This document shows, one piece after another, positions 1-11,371 of a DNA stretch of 64,000 nt. Every line of letters starts with the position of its first letter. Position 1 is the stretch's first letter. The stretch is from Lama glama. Lineage: Eukaryota. Below the pieces are notes generated by a model that was not told the origin of the DNA, did no database searches, and saw only the letters and a list, made by a program, of their open reading frames with translations. A program made the position numbers and the translations under genes. The stretch lies in the NCBI GenBank assembly GCA_028534125.1, contig CM052817.1:59646001-59710000 (forward strand), in the 5' to 3' direction.

Positions 1-1909
1 TAAATATGTTACTTGATTCAAATGTATTTTGCCTCTCCAGTTAATATGGAGGCCATGAAGTGAAAAAGAACAGAAGAGAAGGAGAAGGATTAGTAAATGT
101 AGACAGAGCAGATATGCATTTTTCAGGCTAGGCAGAATATTAACACCATAATTATTTGTGTTCCCACAATTATTTTGGTACCCACCTTTGTAATATAGAG
201 CATTCAATTAGTCCTTGTGCAACAGTTTCTGCTCTCAAGTATCACACATGTAAATAAGGAACAGATTCATACTATGCTAATTCAATTGAATGGATTTTCC
301 TTTTTTTCCCTAAGTTTATTTCCATTAACGATTATTCGCATCTTAAAATTTAGGTGTGTCTATGAGACACTGTGCATCTTTGAAAGGTAAATAACTCCAC
401 CCCTAAAAAAATCTTTTTCGTTTAAAAAAATTGTTATTCATTGGCTCTCCTAAACCTTTCAAATAGATTTTTAGTTTGACTCTACTGAATATACATTTGT
501 TTTAAACTGTTTATTGAAATGGCATTTAATTTTGGTAGAACAAAAGAAAAAAATTCATTAAACATTGATTATCACTTAACACTAATGTTAAAATATGTTC
601 TAAAATAGCAGCACCAAATACTATTTTATACCTTATTAGCAAAATAAATAAGCTTGAACTTAAATAGTACCTGGTGTGTAGTACCTCCCATTAAAAGTTA
701 CTTTTTTAGTTGTTATTATTGCTTTATAATTTCTTAACACCTTTTAAATGTAGTACATGTTATACCTTTGAGGATTTGCTAAGTGAAAACTGGAGTTTTT
801 GTTTTTATTGTATTTGATCATAAGAAAAACTAAATACGTGGGGAAAAGTTTATATACTAATTGAATTTTCCCTTTATGTTCATTATTTGAGGCCTGTGTT
901 TCTCAAATTAAATCTGTATGCTTTTTCTATTGCTTCTTATAACACTTATAAGTTTGAGGCATTCTCCTTAATCCAGAAATCTGATAAATATTCTCCTATA
1001 TTATCTAAGCTTTAATGTTTACATCTTAGCTCAGTTACACATGGAAGTTGTTTTGGTATGTGACCAGATGAGTATCTGTGATCTAATTTTCTATGTTTTA
1101 ATTTTCCTCATGCTGCCTAACTCTTTTCAGATATTTAATTATATCTCACCTAGTTTCTTGTTCTCTGGTCTTCTTAATTGTTCATTGTCTCTCTCTATAT
1201 TTTTCCTTTCTTGTTTCTCTACAACATTCCTTCATTTTCACTTTTTCTTAATTAGAACCTGAGCTTCTACCTCTGTTTTCTCCTCCTTCTCTATTCTGTG
1301 ATCCATGTTTACTTCGTTTTCTCAAATCTAGTCATAAAGATTTTTAGAAAATGTTAAACCTCAGTAATTCTTTCTAATTCAAGGGAAGAAGATATAAGAG
1401 GCATAGATGAAGACAGAATTAATCAAATATATTAGTGGATTACTTAAAATAAATCTAGGTTATTGAAATTATATATGACTATCTTGCTGATTTTTAAAAT
1501 ATATAAAAATAGATACATTAGAAGCAGCATAAATCAGTTAACTCTACTAAACTGAAATGTGAAAAAAAGGATGCTGAATGAAATAGAGAAAAAATTATAA
1601 TCATGAACTGGGTCTTGAGTTTACTACATATTTGAAAAGAATATATTAAAAATTATAAGATTTAAAAAGATAATCTCATATATATTTATTAAGGATTCAT
1701 AATGAATAATTGTCATATTTAAGCAATTACTCTAAGGTCAGGCTAGAAGCCATAGTGAATGAATTAGGAAAGATTTTTAAAAAACAAACCTCAAATGGAA
1801 TTACTTTTTAAAGCAGATTCTAAGAAGGAAAGAAGAGGAGGGCATTTCAGGAATCAATAATGAAAATTGCTTCCATGCATAAAGTAATTACTATGAAACA
1901 GACACTGTC

Positions 1910-1990
1910 ATTTATTCCTCACAATGACCATGAGAAAGATATTGATTTTATGGATAGGGAAACTGAGGCATAAAAAGATTGGCTTAAGAT
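1910..1990 (+). mobile_element. MIR SINE core fragment
   Basis: TCCTCACAATGACCATGAGA...TTTTATGGATAGGGAAACTGAGGCA. Confidence 0.65.
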
Positions 1991-2702
1991 AAAAGTGACA
2001 AAGAAAAATCCTAGATAATGCAAATGCATTTTTGGTAGTTTCTGGGAGATAAAAATCAGACTAAAGAAGATTAAGTAGAGAGTGAATAGTGAAACAATAG
2101 ATGTCATATACATGGATTCTCAGCCGTGAAAAGGGAAAATATATTCTTGCATCTACAGGTTTCAACAGGGGTAATAAAGGGCTTTTTTTCTTTTTTCAAA
2201 ATCAGATAATGTGAAAGTGGCAAAGGACAAGTTAGTAGACACACAGTTTGAATGTATTAGCTATAGCAATTTTTTTTAACTTAAGGTCAATTTTGTAACT
2301 AAAGTTTTTCAGCTTATGTTAAAATGTATTTACTTATGTGAATCATTTTCTTCCTAAAGACAGGTAAAATCTGATCATATGTACTCTATATAACACACAA
2401 CAATATGTCTTTGTAGGAGACCAGGTGGAATCATGGTTTCCTGAATTGTTTTCAATTATATCTCTATTATAAAAATTGCTTTATATGAATCTTTATCATA
2501 CAAAAATCATTTCACTAAATCACATGCCTGATGTATTACTCTTTGCATTTGCTATAGATTTGGATAATAAAAAATATTTAATTGATCAATCAGGCATTTA
2601 CGGAATACAATTATATAGTCAGAGATTTAATATGTTCTCTGCAGAATCAAACATCTAAGAAGGGAGCTTTATTCTCAAAGAGTTTAAAGCCTATGTAATG
2701 AA

Positions 2703-2930
2703 AATAATGATAATAGCTAACACTTATTGAGCAGTCATCAAAACCATTTTAACATTCTTTATCTCACTTAATCTTTCCAGCTATCCAAAGAGGAAGGTAA
2801 ATTTACCAGCATTATCTCTAAATTAAGATGAGGGACCTAAAAGATACAGAGATTAAATAACTTACTAGGGTCATAGAGCCAGTTAGAGGAAGAAATGGGA
2901 GTTATGTCTGAGTCCTGCATTTAACTATTG
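2703..2930 (+). mobile_element. MIR SINE
   Basis: AATAGCTAACACTTATTGAGC...ATCTCACTTAATC...AGATGAGG...AGAGATTAAATAACTTAC..GGTCA. Confidence 0.75.
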
Positions 2931-3389
2931 AGTTTTTCCATTTTTCCTGTGTAGACAGCAAAGACCAGCACAAATGAAAGGATACGTATTATTAAAATGT
3001 GGAGAGGCAACTTATCCCCTAATGCTGAATCATATAAATTTATTACTTCTTGCTCAGAGAAGAGAGAAAAGTAAGAGCTGGAGCAGCTGAGACGAGGTCG
3101 TGTGGAATTCAAGATCAGAAATTTTGGAGAGAATGAAAGTGGGCATGACTCCATAATTCTTTTCTGCTTATTTTATTATTTTTGTGTGTATATTTAAATA
3201 TTATTTCAAATTAAGAAAAAAAGAAAGTTGCAAGAATAGCCTAAGGCACTCTCTTATACCTGTACCTCCCTATTTATTTATATTTTGCCTCTCTCTCTCT
3301 GTCTTTCTCTCCTTCCCACTTCATTACAGCTCCTTGAGATCTATTCTATTCCATTTGAATAACTGTGACCAAGGACATGATATCTGATG

Positions 3390-4880
3390 CCCATATACCA
3401 AAATACAACAGTGGAACAGCATAGGATAACTGCTATAATGCCACCCATTCAAAAAGAGGAAACAGAAGACTCTCAGGAGTCACTTGTCTACAGCAATTTT
3501 TTCAATCCAATCAGGCACATTTTGCCATTTCCTTGATTAAGGCTCAATCATATCCCTAGAATTTGTTCTCTGTGGCTCCTGCCATTCTTCAGGCTGTTGG
3601 TTCTGCTTTCTGAGCCATCCATACTTCTCCATAATGAGTAGATGATGTCTGCAGCTGAGCAGGCATCTCAGCTTGCTTCCTGCTCAAAGAAGTTTGGAGG
3701 TCTAAGGGCTTCTTTTATTTTGTACAGCCTCTCTTCCTTTCAGTACCAGTTGCTATAATTCTTTTAAAAATCTTGTGGATTTCTTATGTATCAATGTATA
3801 AGTACACTCAATTAGACAAGAGCAACACCAACAATCAGAGGTAAGCTCCACTGTATACCTTAGGTTCCCTTTTAGACAGCTGTGGGATCACACCCTTAAG
3901 ATCCTTGAGGACCCCCTCTGGCTTTGATCTTTAGCCTTAAAAATATACTCTTATTTAATTTGAGAATTGTCTGCCATCTGGGGAGGCTAGAAATAAAAAA
4001 CAGCTTTATTTTTGTACCCAGAAAGTTCTGATTCCTATATGTTTAGCAGTTTATTCTTAGCACATCTTTCTCCTCTCACATTTTATCATAGGAAATTAGA
4101 AGAAGCCAGGTGGCACTCTAAATACTATTCTTAGAAACATCCTTAGCATACATCATCCTTATTACTAACACTATCAAAGGAAACACTGTTGCCAAACTTT
4201 CCACCGTTGAATAGTAAGGGAAACTTTTCTATAGTTTCCAACAATATATGCCTTTTTTCCCCTCATCAGTAGGTTTCTCCAGTTCCGTTACCCTTTCCAA
4301 ATACTCTTTTTAAATTCCTTTTAGCTTCAACTCACCTCACAGTCCCAAAGCCAAAGCTGCATGTTTTATGTTTTGGCTACACTGTACCCTAATTCCTGTA
4401 CCAGAAAGTATTACAAGCATTACTGATGCATATCAGATCACTCCAAAATTTAGCAGCTTAAAACAACCACAACCATTGATTTTTTTTGCAAATCAGCAGT
4501 TTGGAAATAATTCGTGAAAATAGGCTAACTTGCTCTGAGCAACATCAGTTAGGGCAGCTTGACTGAGGTATGGGATGTACTTTCAGAACAAGTATTCATC
4601 TGCCTAAGTTGGTGCTATCACCTACTAGCTCATCTGGCAATGTGGGCTGAGAATTCAGTTTCTCTCCAAAGACTGCTTGGATTTCCTCAGCATGTAGTTT
4701 CCAAGAGAAAGCATCTACTCTACACCAGTAGAGTGCAGTAGAAGTGCATAGAGCTTTCATAATCTAGCTTCAGAAATCACATTGTATCACTTTCACCATA
4801 ATCTGTTTATTGAGGCAAACACAAAGTTCTGTCCAAGTTCAAGGTAAAGACATAAAGATTCCACCACTTGAGGAGACAAA
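3390..4880 (-). mobile_element. ERVL-MaLR MLT1-type element: internal sequence (~3390-4408) plus adjoining LTR (~4409-4880)
   Basis: On the - strand the LTR end ...TTGTTTTAAGCTGCTAAATTTTGGAGTG... runs into a typical MaLR-int start TTCTGGTACAGGAATTAGGG...GCTTTGGCTTTGGGACTG. Confidence 0.75.
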
Positions 4881-5702
4881 TGAATATTAATTTGTGTTAG
4901 GCTTCGTTTGCTAATAATGATTGTGAATTTCATCCATATTTCATATATTAGTCTTCATTGCCTCTTTATAACTAAGTATTATCTCATTGTATGTATTTAC
5001 CATGACTTGTTAATCCATTCTTTTTTTGATAGACAGTTGAGTTTGGGAGTTTGTGTTTTCTCTTTTTTCTAGACTGTCTTGGCTATTCTATGCTTTTAAT
5101 ATTTCATTACAAATTTTAGAAGAAAGTTATCAGTATCTATTAAAAAAAACTTCTGTATTTATGGCTGTAATTGTTTTAAATTCCATATCAATTTGTGAGG
5201 AATTTAATATCTAACCTTCCAAAATATGAATATAGTATATCTCTTTCATTTAGATATCTAATGTTTCTTAGCCATATTTTACAGTTTTGTTGTATAGATA
5301 TTAAGTTTATTCTTTAATATTTTATATTTTATACTATTGTAGTGAAATTGTTTTAAATTTGTTTTTCATTTTTTTCTATTATGTAGGAATACAATTGATT
5401 TTTTAAATTGTCCATGAATCCTGAGACTTCACTAAAGTTTTTTAATAGTTCTAGTAGTTTGTCATTATTGTTGTTTCCTTAGGCTCTTGTACATAAATGT
5501 CATGACATCTGTGAAGAGGAACATTTCCCCTATTTTCTGGATTTAATGGTTTCTTTTTCTTAAAAATAACACTGGTTTAGGATTTCCACTAGACTGTTGA
5601 GTCTTACAGAAAGGTTATATACCCTTAGTTTGTCCTGGATTTAGAGAAATTGTCCAATATTTCACTGTTAATTGTGATAATAGCTATAGGCCTTTTAAAT
5701 AC

Positions 5703-6141
5703 TGGGAAACAGAAAAGACACATTGAAATCCTAACCCCCAAAATCTCAGAATGTGACTGTACTTGGAAATAGTGTCATTGAAGGTGCAATTAATTAAGAT
5801 GAGGTCAGAGAGTAATAGGGTACGCTCCTAATCCAATATGACTGATGTCCCTATTAGAAGATAGCCATATAACACACACAGGAGGAATGCTTTGTGCAGA
5901 TGAAGGCAGAGGTTAGAGTTAAGCAATTGCAAGCCAAGGAATGCCAAAGATTGTTGGCAAACCACCAGAAAGTTGCAAAAGGCAAGAAAGATTGTCTTTG
6001 TAGGTTTCAGAGGGAACATGGCCCTGGCAACACACTGGTTTCAGACTTCTAGCCTCCAGAGCTGTAAGGCAATAAATTCCTGTTGTTTTAAGGCATCAAG
6101 CTCGTGGTACTTTCTTACGGCAGCCTGAGGAGACTAACACA
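5703..6141 (+). mobile_element. MaLR solo LTR, MLT1C-like
   Basis: GAAATCCTAACCCCC...CTCAGAATGTGAC...TTGGAAATAG; AAGCCAAGGAATGCC; CAGACTTCTAGCCTCCAGAGCTGT; AATAAA; ends ACTAACACA. Confidence 0.85.
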
Positions 6142-6475
6142 ACAGCCTCCCCCTTATCTTTGGGGGATACATTCCAAGACCCCCAGTGGTTGCCTGAAAC
6201 CGTATATAGTATCAAACCTTATATAACATACATATATATGTCTTTTCCTATACTAGTGGTCAGAAAGAGTATACAGTGTGGATGCTGGCCAAAGGGATGA
6301 TTCACATCCTAGGCCAGATGGAGCACAAAGGTGCAAGATTATGCTACTCAGAATGGCACACAATTTGAAATCTATGAATTATTTCTGGAAATTTCCATTT
6401 AATATTTTTGGACCATTGTGGACCAAGGGTAACTGAAACTGCAAAGCAGAACTGCAGATAATGGGGGAACTGTTG
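6142..6475 (-). mobile_element. TcMar-Tigger MITE, MER44-like
   Basis: Inverted termini CCCCCTTATC ... GATAATGGGGG..CTGTTG followed by TA. Internal AAAGGGATGATTCACATCC and TTTCCATTTAATATTTT match the recalled MER44 consensus. Confidence 0.75.
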
Positions 6476-6546
6476 TACACCCTAACAGATTGAAGAAATC
6501 CCTTTTATTCTAGTCTGCTGAGTTTTTTTTTAAACCAAAAATAACA

Positions 6547-6960
6547 ACACAGTGTATAGCACAGGGAACTATATTCAATATTTTGTAGGTACCTATGATG
6601 AAAAAGATTATGAAAAGGAATATGTGTATGTATATGTAGGACTTTATGCTGTACACCAGAAACTGACACATTGTAAACTGATTATACGTCAATAAAAAAT
6701 AGATTTTAAAAATTTTAAAAAAGAATAACGACAGATACAAACCAGGGGTTCCCAATGGGAAGAGGCAAGTTATGGGAAGAGGACTAAGAGGTACAAATCA
6801 TTAGGTATAAAATAAATAAGATACAAGAGTGTAATATATAGCACAGGGAATACAACCAATATTTTATAACTTTATATGTATATCAAAAATAAAAGTCACT
6901 CTATTGTACCCATGAAGCTTATATAGTATTGTAAGTCAACTATACTTCAATTAAAAAAAA
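6547..6960 (+). mobile_element. Two tandem 5'-truncated lineage L1 3' ends (~6547-6722 and ~6730-6960)
   Basis: Each carries the TATAGCACAGGGAA motif and ends in an A-rich tail. They are flanked and separated by AAAATAAC / AGAATAAC / AAAATAAC. Confidence 0.8.
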
Positions 6961-7990
6961 ATAACATGATGAATTTTTGCCAAATGCTTTTTTGGCTATT
7001 TTTGATACAATCTTATGATTTTTCTCCAGTATTTTCTTCTGTTTATATAATTTAAAAGCTTTATTTCCCCCACAGTTAGCAAGTGGATTTCATATTAGTT
7101 CAACTGGAAGTTTTCTTCCTATAGTTATCATTTATATTATTTTCTTAATATGGTGAATTATATTTATTGATTTTAAAATTATAAAACAATCTTGCATTCC
7201 TGGATAAACTCCACTTAGACATAAATAGGAATGTTTTAATCTATTTCTGGCTTACAATTGCTAAAATTTTTAAAAGGTTTATGTCTACATTCATAACAGA
7301 TATGTTAAATATCTTATTTTATAATGATTTTGTCAGATTTCAGCATCAGCTTATGTGGGTCATGTAAAATGAATTGGGACATATCCTCTTCATATATTTT
7401 GTTAAAGACTGATATTATTTCTAAAATACATAGTTGATAGAGCTTACCAGTAAAATCATCTGGATCTATAGGTGCTCTTCTGGGAAGGTTTTTGATAATA
7501 AATTTTAATTTCATTGATATTAGACTTTTCAGATTTTCTATTTCCTCATTAGTAAGTTTGGTAAATTGGTTTTTCAAGAAAATTGTCTATTTCATAGAAA
7601 TTGTTAAATATTTTGATACAAAGGATTCATAATATTTCATTGTTGTCTTTTTAACGTCTGTAGGAATGGTTTTGCTAATTCCAATATCTGGATGATGAAT
7701 CTGTGCCTCTATGTGTGTCTGTATGTGCACACTTGTGTATTTCTGCTTTTTTTGTCTTAATTGTGGCTCATATTTTCCTATATCTTCATGTGTCTAGAAA
7801 CTTCTGTTTGTATGCTAGATATTGTGGATGACAAATTTCAAGATTTTGAAATTAAGACACATCCCTTAAAACATGTTGAATTTTATTTTGGAATGCAATT
7901 AAATTACTGACAGATCATTATGGGTTTTATTAGACTTATTTCATGCTATGTTGAAAATGGTTCTGAGTTTTAAAATTAGTTGTAGGACTT

Positions 7991-8490
7991 NNNNNNNNNN
8001 NNNNNNNNNNNNNNNNNNNNNNNNNNNNNNNNNNNNNNNNNNNNNNNNNNNNNNNNNNNNNNNNNNNNNNNNNNNNNNNNNNNNNNNNNNNNNNNNNNNN
8101 NNNNNNNNNNNNNNNNNNNNNNNNNNNNNNNNNNNNNNNNNNNNNNNNNNNNNNNNNNNNNNNNNNNNNNNNNNNNNNNNNNNNNNNNNNNNNNNNNNNN
8201 NNNNNNNNNNNNNNNNNNNNNNNNNNNNNNNNNNNNNNNNNNNNNNNNNNNNNNNNNNNNNNNNNNNNNNNNNNNNNNNNNNNNNNNNNNNNNNNNNNNN
8301 NNNNNNNNNNNNNNNNNNNNNNNNNNNNNNNNNNNNNNNNNNNNNNNNNNNNNNNNNNNNNNNNNNNNNNNNNNNNNNNNNNNNNNNNNNNNNNNNNNNN
8401 NNNNNNNNNNNNNNNNNNNNNNNNNNNNNNNNNNNNNNNNNNNNNNNNNNNNNNNNNNNNNNNNNNNNNNNNNNNNNNNNNNNNNNNNNN
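7991..8490. other. Assembly gap (500 N)
   Basis: Run of N characters. Confidence 1.
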
Positions 8491-8764
8491 GACTTGTTCC
8501 TCTTCTCTGGTATCCAGCCTTGAAAATTTCAGCCCCTTCAGAGGTCAGAACTCCAAATCTTTCAGGCTGTTCCAGGTAGCAGTACCCATGAGGCTTCTCT
8601 CCCCAAAGTGTGATTATTGATATATATCTAAGTCTGAATTTGCATTTCTAAATGTAGCACACTAAGTAAACTAACTGCATTAAATAGGGATTTTTATACT
8701 GATTTGATTTGTAAGCCCTTCACCCTAACTTTCCAGCAGTTTTAGCCTAAGAAAAATTGAGAAA

Positions 8765-8793
8765 ATTATGAATCAATAAAAAATGTTAAAAAA
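8765..8793 (+). mobile_element. 29-bp extreme 3' tail of a young L1
   Basis: ATTATGAATCAATAAAAAATGTTAAAAAA matches the tail of the 10397-10627 element. Perfect 16-bp TSD AAGAAAAATTGAGAAA at 8749-8764 and 8794-8809. Confidence 0.85.
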
Positions 8794-10396
8794 AAGAAAA
8801 ATTGAGAAAGAAGGGAATTTTATAATTAATACTTTCCCATGCCTTTTAGAATGCCCATATTATGCCTGTTGACAATTAATCTGTTGACAATTAATTTCTC
8901 TCTGGTCCTTTTGTGTCTCTGCCTTCTTGAGTCTAGATTTTTTTTTTTCGATTATTTTCTTAACAAATCTATGGTTCCTAATTCTGAAAAGAGTTGTTTA
9001 TTGCTGGTCCTCACAGAATTAAAAACCTAATTCAAGTTTATATTACTTGTCTGGGGGACTGGATTCCATTTTAGTAGAAGGTAATTACTTCATTCAAAAA
9101 AATGATCCTGAGATTAGTGAATATTATCTGTAGCAACAAGCTGGTAAGGAGCTTCAGTGTGTGGCCTTGAAAAGTCAAATGTCTGCCAACTTTGGTTCTC
9201 TTTAGGGTTAACTCTGTCTATTGAAAAAGAATAAAACCCAAATACATGAAAAGGCATTTTTCTTACCGAAAGAATGGAACAAATAAACTCTTGCTTTCAT
9301 TTATCTGTAAATAATTTCAAAGACACATACGATTCTTCAGCTATACTTCTTTAACAATAAGTGACTTAAAAAATGAAGTTCAATGTTTGATCATTAAGTA
9401 AGTATCTCTGACAGGAGAAATATTGGATATGTAAACTAATAATCTCCACTTTTGTGAATTGCATCAGGATTCAACTTACTGGGGTATGTACAAATGAAAT
9501 CTATGCTATCTCACCATTAGTGCATTAATAAAGATTAGAAATTTACTTTTGTATTTTATGGTATTACTATTGTGCTGATAACATTCTCAGTCATAAATAA
9601 TCTGTATTGTTTTAACTCTTAAAGTTCAGGGTATTAGTGTCCAATAATAGGTAGAAGCTGATACTTGGGAATAATGAATAGATTCAACTGATATTTTTAA
9701 TACCTAAAACTGCAAGTAAAAAGAGAATTTTAAAAGTTAACATTTTAGTATTTCTTTCTTTACCTGAAAGAAGAACTTGATTAGTATTTTTCTTTTTCTG
9801 TATACACTCATTCTTAATTAATATAGAACTTTACCTATTTGAATAAAGTAACTCTAAGCCTTCCCTTGAATAACTTTAGTACAAGATAAAGTAGTTCTAT
9901 GCTATGAGAAAATAATTGCTGTGATCCTGCTATCTGAAGATCACAAGAGTATTGCTATGTTGTCATGAAAATTCAACTTCAAATTTTATTTCAAATTGCA
10001 AGGTTTTATTAGTTTTAAAATAGCTCCAAAATATTTAAATAGCATCATTACTTTCTTTTTTAAAAAGAGAAAAGTAAAAATTCTAAAGCCTAATTAAAAC
10101 TGAGCTAGGAACAAAGAAGGCTCTTAGGTAAAAGAGAAAAGGGTATAAGGAAAAACAGGATTTTACAGCAATTGTGTGTGTGTGTGAGAGAGAGAAAGAG
10201 AGAGAGATAGGTAGAAAAAGACAGAGACTTTTTGAGCATCACACATTAGGGATTATTTTATCCCTTCCTTTCCTTGAAGCAGCATAGAAGAGGCATAACA
10301 GAACTTACTACTTCTGACATAACAATATTTTATTCCCAAATATTCCAAGTAAGAAAGTTAGGCACTGAATATCACAGATTACAAAAATAATTAATA

Positions 10397-10627
10397 GGGT
10401 GGAGGGTGGGAAGGGATAGACTGGGATTTCAAAATTGTAGAATAGATAAACAAGATTACACTGTATAGCACAGGGAAATATACACAAAATGTTATGATAA
10501 CTCACAGAGAAAAAAATATGACAATGAGTGTGTATATGTCCATGAATGACTGAAAAATTGTGCTGAACACTGGAATTTGACACAACATTGTAAAATGATT
10601 ATAAATCAATAAAAAATGTTAAAAAAT
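10397..10627 (+). mobile_element. Young 5'-truncated L1 3' UTR
   Basis: Starts at G-rich GGGTGGAGGGTGGGAAGGG; contains TGTATAGCACAGGGAA; ends AATAAAAAATGTTAAAAAA. TSD ATAATTAATA at 10387-10396 and 10628-10637. Confidence 0.88.
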
Positions 10628-11040
10628 ATAATTAATAATGCTATCCTAGATACTATGTGGAATCCCAATGACCTCTTTATATGGAAAAGAAGATAAAGAC
10701 AAATGGAAACTGTCCAGATTGTATCTGAAATTTCTTCACAAAGGTATAATGTCCTCTTTTCCAAAGACTTTCTTTACCCTACAGATTACAGGTATGAAAT
10801 AGAAATCTCAGACTTTCAGTGACTGATGGTTCTGTTAGACAATTAGATAGAAATGAGCACTGGCCACAGGGAGAGGAAAGAAGAGGGAGTAATCCAGATG
10901 ATAACAGTATGCCTGCACTCAGGATAAGGAGCTTCAAAGAGTTTTACTTTCTCTAAATGAGTGCCAACAAAGAAGGTGGTTAGAATTGGACGTTGGGACT
11001 GCACAGTAGAGAGAAGGACTCAACATAACCCAATGCTCAG

Positions 11041-11371
11041 TATAATATAATTAGAATTGAGGTTTGGGCCCCCTTCCATGGGCTTTTCTGTGTGCATTAT
11101 GGGTAAGAGCATGTGCAAAGGAAACAGACATACCTAAGCACTTAAGGGACAGAAGCTGTCAATCAATCACAAGAATGCTCCTAAGCCAGGATATAAGACA
11201 GGAGAAACAATGCAGCAGTGCCATTTTCCTCTCTTGGGTTGGGCTGCGGTCAATTCTCAAAGGTGTACTTTACTAACTTTTGCTCTACTAATAAAACCCC
11301 GTGTTTACATAATGCTTTCAGTTGCCTTGGGTAAGACAAGAACTAGGGTCTTTTCCCCTCCTCATGGTAAT
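11041..11371 (+). mobile_element. Probable ERV solo LTR (family uncertain)
   Basis: A ~330-bp block of higher GC with TATA-like GATATAAG (~11190), AATAAA (~11290) and a U5-like GGTAAGACAAGAAC. No clear TSD. Confidence 0.55.

Larger units (their letters stand above)
4890..7990 (-). mobile_element. Old LINE-1 (L1M) ORF2 relic, interrupted by nested insertions at ~5702-6477 and ~6547-6960
   Basis: ORF 7314..7577(-) LTNEEIENLKSLI...IKNLP...DPDDFTGKLYQ resembles L1 ORF2 LNQEE..LN.PI...LP.KKSPGPDGFT.EFYQ. The + strand is T-rich. Confidence 0.8.

Noticed and set aside
7948..8523. 191-aa ORF
   Set aside because: An artefact of translating the 500-N gap.
8866..8881. CTGTTGACAATTAATC matches the E. 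coli trp/tac promoter -35 region (possible vector contamination)
   Set aside because: Only 16 nt match. There is no following ATCGGCTCGTATAAT or other vector sequence, and the context is mammalian. Treated as coincidence.
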